Below are positions 1-11,653 of a DNA stretch of 64,000 bases, in pieces. Every line of letters starts with the position of its first letter. The stretch's first letter is position 1. The notes beneath the pieces are model-generated. The model made no database searches and had not been told where the DNA came from. It saw only the letters and a program-made list of their open reading frames with translations. Both the position numbers and the translations under genes were made by a program. Origin of the DNA: Octopus sinensis (lineage: Eukaryota); assembly GCF_006345805.1 (NCBI RefSeq), contig NC_043012.1, positions 3,038,001 to 3,102,000 on the forward strand. Reading direction: 5' to 3'.

Positions 1-10
1 GTTCATATAA

Positions 11-219
11 GGCAGTGAGCTGGCAGAACCGTTTGGGTGAAATGCTTAGCGGTATTTTGTCTGCCATTACATTCTGAGTACAAATTCTGCCGAGGTTACT
101 TTGCTTTTCATCCTTTCAAGATTGATAAATTAAGTACCAGTTGAGTACTGGGGGTCAATGTAATCAACTTACCCCCTTCCCCAAAATTTCAGGCCTTGTG
201 TCTATAGCAGAAAGGATAA
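11..219 (+). mobile_element. SINE family B
   Basis: GAGCTGGCAGAA head, GAGT(T/A)CAAATTC B-box, shared GGGGTCGAT core. Confidence 0.75.
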
Positions 220-340
220 GATTTTGTTGTTAAAATTTGTGCAATAAATTGCCCATACTTCTACACTACACAAAATATTTTAACAATTTTTTTAATACAA
301 TTTCTAAATATTTAATTATAAAAATAGAGTAGGAGTTTTT

Positions 341-787
341 GGTGTTACTTTGGTGTGTGATCTACAAGGGAGATTACTTTAGGCTACTTTTTGAATTATT
401 TTGTACATACTTAGCATTGTAAATGTATGTTTTCAAAATTCTTACTATTTTGATAAGAAAACCATATAATAATTAAAATAGGCATGTAGATCACCCACCA
501 AAGCTAACTTGCACATGTAGATCACAAGGAAAGTAGCACTAATACAAAGTAAGCCTAAAGTTATCTCCCTTTAAATTGTAGATCACACACAGAAGTGGTA
601 CCTTTTTCTTAAGAAATGATGTGAATTTAGTGCTGGTTTCTTGTAAAAATGCAACTGCCTTCATCTTGTCACTGATCACATTGTAAAAATCTTTAGTCAA
701 CATCTTACGAGTTTTCAGAAACTGAAAAGTAAACTAAAAAGTAACCTAAAGTAATCTCCCTTGTAGATCACACACCAAAGTAGCACC
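341..787. mobile_element. MITE with 52-bp terminal inverted repeats and internal TIR copies
   Basis: 341-392 vs reverse complement of 736-787: 2 mismatches; GG...CC termini; TGTAGATCAC repeated internally; no clear TSD. Confidence 0.8.
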
Positions 788-815
788 ATTTCTTTTGTTT
801 ATATGTATATATGAG

Positions 816-837
816 TGTGTGTGTGTGTGTGTGTATG

Positions 838-895
<58 letters not shown>
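816..895. repeat. (GT)n(TA)n microsatellite
   Basis: Direct reading. Confidence 0.95.
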
Positions 896-896
<1 letters not shown>

Positions 897-898
<2 letters not shown>

Positions 899-1445
899 TT
901 TTTGCATAATGAGATAAAAAACCAAGGCTGTATAGATATTAGAGCATTTATAGATAGGTCTTACAGCTGTTTCTAGGATATTAATTAATAATACCCCTTC
1001 ATCAGAGACGGTGTGAGAGGAGAAGTCATAGTTAGTTTCGATGTGATACAAATAGAGAGTGAGGTGGAGAAAATAAAATAGATGTAAGATATGTATGGTT
1101 ATTGAGTTCGTAAATCCGTTTTATAGGCATAATGGTATATATGTGTAATATTCCAATATCCTTTGAGTAAAATCCAAATATCCAACAGAGTTTAATATGA
1201 GTCCATCCAGATGTAGAGTTTATAAGCAATGTAAGATTCTCTTAAAGTTGGTCATTCCCAGTAGGGAATTTATATAGAGTGTAGCAGATTCAAGGTTTGT
1301 GTTTAAATTGTGTACATATATAGAGGAAAAGAAAACCTTCAAAGGGGTATGTTAAACATCCAAACTGGTACTTTGATCATTTTTATAGTTATTTATATAA
1401 TATTATATTATGTTATATATTATATTCATAGTATTTAATTTATCT
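897..1445 (-). mobile_element. Penelope-like terminal fragment carrying a hammerhead, flanked by (TA)n
   Basis: Contains the minimal hammerhead at 958-1009; (TA)n on both sides; boundaries approximate. Confidence 0.55.
958..1009 (-). ncRNA. Minimal type I hammerhead ribozyme motif
   Basis: GUCU-CUGAUGA-A-GGGGUAUU/AAUAUCCU-A-GAAAC-AGCU-GUA-AGAC. Confidence 0.75.
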
Positions 1446-1471
1446 TTATTATATATATATATATATATATA

Positions 1472-1657
1472 TGCGGGTGGCACGTAAAAAGCACCCACTA
1501 CACTCTCGGAGTGGTTGGCGTTAGGAAGGGCATCCAGCCGTAGAAACACTGCCAGATTTGACTGGGCCTGATGAAGCCTTCTGGCTTCACAGACCCCAGT
1601 AGAACCGTCCAACCCATGCTAGCATGGAAAACGAACGCTAAACGATGATGATGATGT
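1472..1657 (+). mobile_element. Family C: RTE-type 3'-end element with (GAT)n tail
   Basis: GGCGTTAGGAAGGGCATCCAGC...CCAACCCATGCTAGCATGGAAA...AAACGATGATGATG. Confidence 0.75.
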
Positions 1658-1661
1658 GTGT

Positions 1662-1990
1662 GTGAAGGTGCATGGCTCAGTGGTTAGAGCATCAAGCTTA
1701 CGATCGTGAGGTTGTGAGTTTGTATCCCGGACCGGGCTGCATGTTGTGTTCTTGAGCAAGACATTTTATTTCATGTTGATCCAGTTCACTCAGCTGTAGA
1801 AATGAGTTGCGACGTCACAGGTGCCAAGCTGTTGCCTTTCCCTTGGATAACACTGGTGATATGGAGAGGGGAGGCCAGTATGCATGGGCGACTGCTGGTC
1901 TTCCATAACCAACCTTGCCCGGATTTGTGCCTGGGAGGGTAACTTTCTAGGTGCAATCCCACAGTCATTCATAACTGAAGGGAGTCTCAA
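1662..1990 (+). mobile_element. SINE family D (tRNA head + TTCTTGAGCAAGAC...CAGCTGTAGAAATGAGT central domain)
   Basis: A-box TGGCTCAGTGG; copies at 51077-51830 (split), ~51872-52140, 52235-52510 (-). Confidence 0.7.
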
Positions 1991-2017
1991 TATATATATA
2001 TATATATATATATATTT

Positions 2018-2250
2018 ATCATCATCATCATCATCGTTTAACTTTCCATGCTAACATGGGTTGGATGATTTGACTGAGGACTGGCAAACCAGATGGCTGC
2101 ACCAGGCTCCAATCTTGATCTGGCAGAGTTTCTACAGCTGGATGCCCTTCCTAACGCCAACCACTTCGAGAGTGTAGTGGGTGCTTTTACGTGCCACCGG
2201 CATGAGGGCCAGTCAGGCGGTACTGGCAACGACCAGCACCGCCTGACTGG
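2018..2250 (-). mobile_element. Family C copy
   Basis: Reverse complement homology, (ATC)n tail. Confidence 0.7.
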
Positions 2251-2252
2251 CC

Positions 2253-2293
<41 letters not shown>

Positions 2294-4427
2294 AATGGCT
2301 ACAGAGGTCCAGTAGAGTAAAATAAGGATCAAAAGAGTGGAGAACCACTGGTTTAGAAGAAAATATAAGTTAATCAACAGCTGGAATACTTTTGATTACA
2401 TGTCTGCTTAATTAGACACATATATAGCATGAGGCTATAGAAGACATTCGCCCAAGGTGCCATGCAGTGGGACTGAACCCAGAACCATGTGGTTAGGTAG
2501 CAATCTTCTTATCACACACAGCCCTGCCTGTGCTTATTGTTTGGGAAATAGTTTGCAATTTCAATAATGTTTCTAATTTTCAGACTTTACATATTTCTAT
2601 TCTGGAAGGAGATTGTCATTATCATCACTTTAATGTTCACTTTTTAGTGTTTGCATGGATCAGATTGAATTTGTTGATGCAGAATTTCTATGACCAGGTG
2701 CCACCAAGTGCCCTTCCTCTCACTAACCCTTATATGCTTCCATTGAAGATAATATTTTCCCATGACCAGGCATGTTCCCACAGACTGTTGAAAGTGAAGG
2801 ATACCACTTGTGTGACAATAACATTTGTATAGAGCTGTCGTGATGTCAAGGCAAAGAGACAGTAACACACACACACACACATATGCATGCACACACATAT
2901 ACAGATGATGGGCTTCTTTCAGTTTCTGTTTACCATATCCACTCACAAAGCTTTCGTCAATCATGGGCTATAGTAGAAGGCACTTGCCCGAAGTGCCATG
3001 CAGTAGGACTGAACCCAGAACCATATGGCTGGCAAGCAAACTTCTAATCACACAGCCACACCTGTGCCAATGTGAATCTGGAAAGATTGTGGATGTATTC
3101 GTTTGTCTTTGCTTTAGTGGTAATTTCTCCTTTTTTAAATCCGCCACCACCATCACCAGTCTATTGTGGAGGTTACAGGGTACCAATTTGGCAGTTCAGT
3201 GATGTAAATATGACAATATTACCAGTGAAACTATGATTGCTCAAAGAGATAATAGTTTTACAGTCGGTAGCATTTGAATTCACAAGTTGTAGGTTATGAT
3301 TCTAGCACCAAAGCATTTAAGCTTTTGCATTTTTTTTTTTTTTATTCAGTCACAGTGAACTAGCTTTGAGGCTTAGCTATGGGAAATTCATAATGATTAA
3401 TCACTGCTTTTTTTTAGCTTTTGCTTTTGATGGGGTGGGAGTTAGTGATGGTGGCAGTGGCAGAGGTTGGCATGGAGATGTGGGGCAGGGGGGTAGTGGT
3501 GGTGTTGGTGGTGGTGGTATTAAGCTAATCTGCTGCTTCCTTTCAATTTCTTTTCTTTTGATATCTGGGATTATCCTAGCTGGGCTTTTAGGATATTAAG
3601 CAGATCAAGTTGAACCTTATTTCTTATAGATTATTTTATCTCTGTCACATTAAACTAAACTATTCAGCTGGCATTGCATGGTTGGCAAATTACAGCAGCA
3701 GTCTTCTACATGATGCACTAAATGGAAGATATGCCGTTACATACTTCAACATATGTGGGCTTGATGCATGATATTAAATACATTTTAAAACAAATAGCTT
3801 TTATGAAAGAATATTGCTTGGGGATTGCAAATTCCTCTGATGCCATCTTTAATCATGCTAAAAATTCCTTGAAAATTTGGTTACTTGGATTTTTTAAACT
3901 TTTTTTTCTTTATGTTTTAACCCTTTGATGCCAACCTGCATGAAATTTAAATATGAGTATTTTTTAAATGCTTGTATTTGAATTTAACAGAAAACCCTTC
4001 CACCATTATTTTATGTTAGAATCTTTTGTTATGCTTCCAAATACCAACTTAAAGCCACTAGCTTAACAATGAGAATATTATTTCATTACAACATTCCAAT
4101 TCTTGATTACTTGAAAACTGATTTCAAATTTTGGAAGTGGAGCATTTTGGATGAGCTCAGGACCACCTGCCCGACATGGGAAGCAGCCAAGAACCACGCT
4201 AATGACTGCAAAAAGTGGAAAACAACTGTTGAGGCCCCATGCGCCACAAGGGGCAAAAAGGATTAAGAAGAGAAGAAGAATGGAAACAATGTCATTCATT
4301 CATTCATTTCTAACATGCTGTGAGAATTCATTTGATTGGAAACAGGTAAATGTTGGTGACAGGAAGGGCATTCAGCTGTATAAAATCTGCCTCAGTAGAC
4401 TCCATTCAACCCATACAAGCATGGACA

Positions 4428-4700
4428 ATCAATCATCATCATCATCATTTAACATCTGCTTTCTGTACTAGCATAGGTTGGACAATTTTACTGAGGACTG
4501 GTGAACCAGATGGCTGCACCAGGGTCCAATCTGATCTGGCAGAGTTTCTACAGCTGCTTGCCCTTCCTAACGCCAACCACTCTGAGAGCGTAGTGGGTGC
4601 TTTTAGATGCCACCGGCACAAGGGCCAGTCAGGCAGTACTGGCAACGGCCATGCCCAAATGGTGTTTTTTACATGCCACCTGTACAGGAGCCAGTCCAGC
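4428..4700 (-). mobile_element. Family C copy (others near 8655, 25275, 30025, 41160, 48625, 54265)
   Basis: Homology. Confidence 0.7.
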
Positions 4701-5480
4701 GGCATGTTAAAATGATGATGATGTGATTTGGTACACTTTTCATAATAGATATGTTACTTCTATTCATGTTTTCATATCAAATTTCATCAGGCAGTAACCT
4801 TGTGTTGGTCTAGAAATATATCAGTATTTCTCACATGATTGATCTCATTGTCTTCCTTCAGAGATGTTATTTATGGCAGGCTTGTCACCAGCCCTCACCT
4901 GTTTTCCAAGCAAGGTAACATTTCCTCATAGCCAGGTATGCTCTCGCAGAATATTGGAAATGAATGACACTGCTTGTATGACATTGGCACTCATTTACAT
5001 CTATTAGGTAATGCTAAGACAAGGAGAGCAAAAGAGAGCGACACACACACACCACACATGTTAGGCTTCTTTCAGTTTCCATCTACCAAATCCACTCACA
5101 AGGCTTTGCTCAAGGTACCATGCAGTGACACTAAACCTACAACCCACCACATTGGAAAACAAACTGCTTATCCATGTAGCCATGCCTGCACCTAGCCAGC
5201 CACACCAGCACCTCCTATACATCATCTCTTCCTAGAATCTTCCTTACTCAGGACCAGTTATCATACCAGCAGTTTTCATAAAGAAAGAAAAAGAAAAACA
5301 ACGTACTGTAAATTAAAGGTGCAGGAGTGTCTGTGTGTTAAGAAGCTTGCTTCCCAACCACATGATTCCAGGTTCAGTCCCACTGCATAGCACCTTGGGC
5401 AAGTATCTTCTACTAAAGCCTTGGGCCAACTATAAAGCCTTGTGAGTGGATTTGGTAGAAAGAAACTGAAAGAAGCCCAT

Positions 5481-5895
<415 letters not shown>

Positions 5896-6025
5896 TCATA
5901 TAAAATTTAGATTCAGATGAATATGGTACTTAAGTTGAGGCACCAGAATTTAGTATAGTATTATCCATACAATTTAAAATAAGGTGATTATAATCAAAAT
6001 AAGCAACAAGTATATCTAGAGGTAA

Positions 6026-6111
6026 TGCAGTACGATTTTTCATGCGACAGCATTTAATTGAACAATGCAAACATTACATCAATTTAGAATGCAGAGCAAT
6101 CTTCAGCTGCA
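6026..6111 (-). ncRNA. Inverted second copy of the hammerhead, helix III damaged
   Basis: UGCAG-CUGAAGA...GAAA-AAUC-GUA-CUGCA; perfect 5-bp helix I. Confidence 0.65.
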
Positions 6112-6228
6112 CAAAACTGTGATGTTGTTGGTAAAACATGTTCTTTGTCTATCTCCTTATCCTCTTGGAGATCTTGGATAAAATTATACTAATATGTCCT
6201 TCAAATTTAATTAAATTCTATGTTTTTC

Positions 6229-6317
6229 ATACAGCTGAAGATTGCTCTACATTTTAAATTGATGTAATGTTTGCATTGTTCAATTAAATGGAGTTGCATG
6301 AAACGATCGTACTGCAT
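6229..6317 (+). ncRNA. Type I hammerhead motif with extended helix II
   Basis: AUACAG-CUGAAGA(6235-6241)...GAAA(6300-6303)C-GAUC-GUA(6309-6311)-CUGCAU. Confidence 0.75.
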
Positions 6318-6468
6318 TACCTCTGGATATACTTGTTGCTTATTTTGATTATGTCATCAATAGTGGTTTTATCTCTAATTTAATATAATATATACTTATA
6401 CTATAAAATTAGATTTAATCCTAAATCTAATTTTTCCCTGTAAGTTTGGATTTACTCCCTAATATTAT

Positions 6469-6505
<37 letters not shown>

Positions 6506-9249
6506 CATACATACATACATACATTACATACATACGTACATACATACATAGGTATGTATATATTTATGTGTGTACATCTTTGTGTTTATCTCCCCCCTAT
6601 CACTTGACAACCAATGTTGGTGTGTCCAGGTCCACTTAACTTAGCAGTTTGACAAAAGAGACTGATAGGATAAGTATGGTAAGTACTGGCTTAAGAAATA
6701 AGTCCTGGGGTTAATTTGTTCAACTGAAACCCTTCAAGGCAGTGCTCCAGCATGGCGGTAGTGAAATGACTGAAACAAATATAAGAATAAAAGAATACCC
6801 AAAATAATACCAAACCAATGTCGGTTAGTCTCAAAATAAGGAAGGAATAGAAACACATGGAATACTCAGCCAATATCCATTAAAAGATACTTGAAGAACC
6901 TGAAATCTCATCTTTAGAACTAACTCAGAGTATTTTCTGAATGTAAGGAAAGCTGGTCCTCTTCCCTTGAACAATCAACCATATTATTTTGATGAATCAA
7001 TAAGGAAGCATGTGGGGGGGATGATAGGTTGACTTGCTAAAACAGCAATTAAATCTTTCTTGATCAACATCCTGCCAACTTTATTGTGGAGAGTCACATT
7101 GGATAATGTAAACCATTGTACACTCACTATTCCTCAGCAGAAAAGAGGATTGGATGGTCATTGTCTTTGATAATAGATGTGTATGATCAGGGCTGACCAG
7201 GGGTTAAACCACAATGAATAGTAATTTGGTGTGGTGTTGATATATACTTCATCTGTATTGTCTTTTAATCATCATCACCTCCAACACTACCACCACCACC
7301 AACACCAACACCACCATCATCGTCATCGTCATTGCATGAGTAAAAAGCAAGAACACTTATGGAGACATTACTGTATGGGTAACAAGAGTTAGAAAAGACA
7401 AGTGTATTAGGTTGGGCCTAGATGGCAGTAGTGTACTGCTAGTTCAGAGGCTATTTTCGTAGAACAAACAGAGGCAGAGGAGACAGCAAGTCTATGGGTC
7501 AGAGGTTATAGTGTGTTGATGAGACCTTTTCTAGGAAGTTGGTATGTTTTTTTTATCCTTTTCTGTGTGTGTGTTGGTAGGGGGTGGGGCATGAAAATTA
7601 CAACTGATGTTGCCATTGGAGTAGTGGCCTTATTATTCAGAGGATCTTTAGAATTTTGATACTGTTACCATTTCTGTGCAGTGTCTATGAGATATAAACA
7701 CTGTAAGTTGGTACCACAAGGAAGGTAAAGGTCACTCTTGTAGGTATCAGACTGTATGACTGGTAAAAGATATATTTCATTAGTTTACTGTGTTAAGTTC
7801 CAAATCGACCATGATAGACTGATGATATGACATCCTGTGAAGAAAAAGAATTTTGACTTTCAAACAGTTGAAATGATAAAAACACTGGAATAAGCCCCAA
7901 CACATTTCTGCAACTTCTGGTAATGAGGGAATGAAATAAGAAAATGGAAATTGGAGCAGATATGGGTGTGTAGCTAAGAAGCATGAAGCTCTTTTTGTGC
8001 CCCCCCCCCCTTACAACCACTGATTGATATTGGTTTGTTTATGTTTCCATGCTTAGTAGTTCACCAAAAGAGGCCAATAAAATTAGTATCTGGCTTAAAA
8101 TGAATGCTAGAGTCAATTTGCTTGATAAAACCCTTCAGAGTAATGTTCTAGCATGGCCACAACCAACTTGACAGATAATGAGTGCTCAAAAGGAAATACT
8201 TCAGTTTTAATAGGCTCTACATGCTTCTAACACAAGTGTGTTTTGAGCACTTGATGTTCTTGCATGGAAATGCTAACAAATATATTTGTTTTTGTTTTAC
8301 ATTTGTTTTTGCCATGTTAGCATGAGTTGGATAAATACTTTATATTGCAACATTATTTTACCATCAATCAAATGATATGTATATGTTATGTACCTCAAGA
8401 TTTACACATGTGCTTTAAATTTTAATCAGTGGTTGTTTAATTACCTCAGAGAACACATATTGTCACAATACAGTTTTATTAACCCAGATATTACTGAATC
8501 GTAAAGATCTGTTTTCTGCTTTCAGCATGAAATCCTGACATCTTGTAATGTTTTCACAACTCTTTATATTTCATTTCATTAGTAGTTGCAGATTTTGTAA
8601 GAAACTTCTAGGGTAACATTTTAGCTTTTATGTATTGTAGAGGTGATATGGTAGTCATCATCATCATCATCAACATCCGTTGTCCATGCTGGCATGAACT
8701 GGACAGTTTGACCAGAGCTGGCAAACCAGAGAGCTGCAACAGGCTCCAGTCCAATTTGGCATGGTTTCTATGGCTGGATGTCCTTCCTAATGCCAACCTC
8801 TTTACATAGTGTGTTGGGTGCTTTTACGTAGCACCAGCACAGCAATATAGAAGATATTGCACTATTTGCTTATAGGTCCAGAGTTCAAATTTACTAGAGG
8901 TATTTTGTGGTGCTTTATGTACCTTACCTTAGTTGACACAGTTTTAAGAAACTGATAAAAGATAACCAAGGAATTGTCATCTTTGGTAAATCAGTGACAC
9001 AAGGAAATTTATCTGTCACTTTCATCTTCTTGAAGCCATAAAACCAGAGCTAAGATCTGGTCCTTAAAACCCCTTTATGGAGTATATATACAAACCCATG
9101 TATCATGAATTCATATCTGTTGTAGAAATTGATTAAATCTAAGGGACAGAACACTCAGGTCTAAGTGTAAGAAATAAGCGCTAGAATTTTTTGTTATGTC
9201 TTATCATCATCAACATTATCCTCATCATTATCATCATCATCTACTTGTT

Positions 9250-9730
9250 GTGAGTATGATGACAGACATAGTACATAACTTGTGCCATTAGCAGTGGAAC
9301 AGGATCACAACAGCTTTGTTTACCCTCCTGTAGGTCAGTTTTCAGATGATGGCTTGGGTGGAAGTTTACTCTGGGTACCTCAAACAGTATCTGTTAAATA
9401 GCAATCATCTTCCTGCTAGTTTGTTGGTCAACTGGAAAAGATCTCCACAGAGTTCCTTGTTAACCACTTTCTGCAGCCAGCTGCCACTAAAAGACATCTG
9501 AAGCATCTGAACTTAGATCTATTGCAGCTAACGAAAGACTCTCATTAGGGTCATGACCAAGTTTCAAACTCATAAAGGTGGGTCACTATAGAGATTCTCT
9601 TCTTTGCATTACCTATAGAGGTTAGAGTTCCAAATGTTCTTCATATCTGGAGATCATCCAGACCTCCAGTGTCCTATCCATGAGAACTGTCATCTACATC
9701 TGCTTCCTATATCAGAACACAAAGAACACT
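9250..9730 (-). mobile_element. Degenerate RTE-clade LINE fragment
   Basis: LYEFETW (cf. LLYGCETW) and VNKEL remnants with stops and frameshifts. Confidence 0.5.
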
Positions 9731-11426
9731 TTTGGTTGCAGATTTACTGGATCAAGGCTGACCCATGGCTAAACAAAACAATAATGCCTGGCACTTCATA
9801 AATCTTTGTTGTTGTTGTTGTTCGCAGAGTAATTCCTCTTTATACATCCATATGTATAACAAGTATTGAGTCAATAAATAGATACGAATGCCAGAAATAA
9901 TACTGGCTGACAAGTCTGTAGGTTTTTGGTTCAAATGATGTGGAGTTTGATTAGTGTGGTGTTTCATAGATGTAGAATTGATAAAAGATAACAAACACAA
10001 GGTGAAGTAAAGAAAGCTGAAGTGACAGGATGTTCGACAGAGCAGTTTAATAGTGCACAACAAATTAAAGCTTCACCACTCCATTCTAACAGGATGTCAT
10101 CTTGTTTAAATAGGCCTTTATAATTATATACACTAAATAGTTGTCTTTATTTACATGAGAGATGTGTATTGATAAGAGAGAGAGAGAGTGTGTGTGGGGG
10201 TGTATTTCAGTGCATGTGTGTACACACACACACACAGGTACTAGCATGGCTATATGGTTAAGAAGCTCTCTTCACAACATGCTTTTTAGGTTTAGTCCCA
10301 CTGCATGAAAATTTGGACAAGCATTTTCCACTCTAGTGCCAGGACAACCAAAAGCCTTGTGAATGAATTTGATCAGCAGAAACTGAAAAGAAGTTTGATG
10401 TGTGTGTGTCTGTGTGTGTGTATGTAAAGACATCTGTTGTTATTCTTGTTACCTTTTTAATCCAGTCTCTTGTCACCTCATAAACTCAATTATTCAGTGG
10501 GGAGATAACCCAATTTTTAATGGGGGTGAGATAACCAAAAAAGTACCAAATATTTTGTAAAGAGGTAGCAAATTATAGAATAGTGAAGGAATCCAAACAA
10601 ATAAAAGAAAATACCAATTTTTAAGATGATACATATTATAACAACATAAACAGTGAAAAGGTCACCATAAGAGAGGTGGTACTAACCTATTGGTAAACAA
10701 ACCTCCCTGTATAGAAGCTGACAACCTGTTGGATTCAGAATTTATTGAGGTGTCACATCTTAAATGAAATAGAATAAAGAAATGTACCTTAAATCTGCTG
10801 AATGAATGACCATCCTTAAAATCTGCAGAATAAATAGCAAATAAGTCCAACACCACCACACACATCTCCTTCACCATATTTCTACCATTCCTTCCTCTTT
10901 TGCTATTACCTACCTCCCCTTACCAAGTACCTACAGAAATACCCACATAGCTAGATTAGCCTTCAAACTGGCAAGAAGAGATAAACATCTACCTGTGATT
11001 CATGCAGATGATGATCAACCAGATGCCCACATATAATACAATATGGACTATACTGTACTAATCCCAAGGATACCAACTCTGATGTTAAAATCATGGGATT
11101 TGTGGAAACATGTGTAGCAATGTATTAAATATTTATAAATTCCATCCTAGAATTATTGTTATCATTATATATAGGTGCAGGAGTGGCTGTGTGGTAAGTA
11201 GCTTGGTTACCAACCACATGGTTTTGGATTCAGTCCCACGACACCTTGGGCAAGTGTCTTCTATAGCCTCAGGCCGACCAAAGCCTCGTGAGTGGATTTG
11301 TTAGAAGGAAACTGAAAGAAGCCTGTCGTATATATATATATATATACTACCTAACGCAATATATATAATACTTAACAGCGCCTCATCCAGCTTTATGTTT
11401 TCTCCTCATCATTTATCATCATTTAA

Positions 11427-11653
11427 CTCTTTAGCATTCAGATTACTCTGTTGAATGTAATGCTTATTTATTCACAATGGTTTAAACTAATCATGGCTTA
11501 TTTCATAGCTTCAATATTTCAATGATGTGACTGTTTATTTTTAAAATGACATTAGAGGGTAGGTGTGAGAAGCCAGTTTTTAGGCTGGTTTGATTGAACA
11601 TAAAGACAACTAGAATATTTTAACCGGATATGGCGTGATTAAATGCTAAAGGG
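11427..11653. mobile_element. piggyBac-type MITE family 1
   Basis: TTAA on both sides; CTCTTTAGCATT...AATGCTAAAGGG TIRs. Confidence 0.75.

Larger units (their letters stand above)
5896..6470. mobile_element. Penelope-like element with ~120-bp inverted arms (5990-6109 / 6232-6352)
   Basis: Manual alignment ~8 differences in ~121 bp; each arm holds a hammerhead; inserted in (TA)n. Confidence 0.7.

Noticed and set aside
1564-1590. CTGATGA followed by an AAGCC/GGCTT stem
   Set aside because: No GAAA or UH follows; chance mutation of the family C sequence.
4750-4797. Minus-strand CUGAUGA...GAAA
   Set aside because: Helix II has at most 2 bp and no U16.1.
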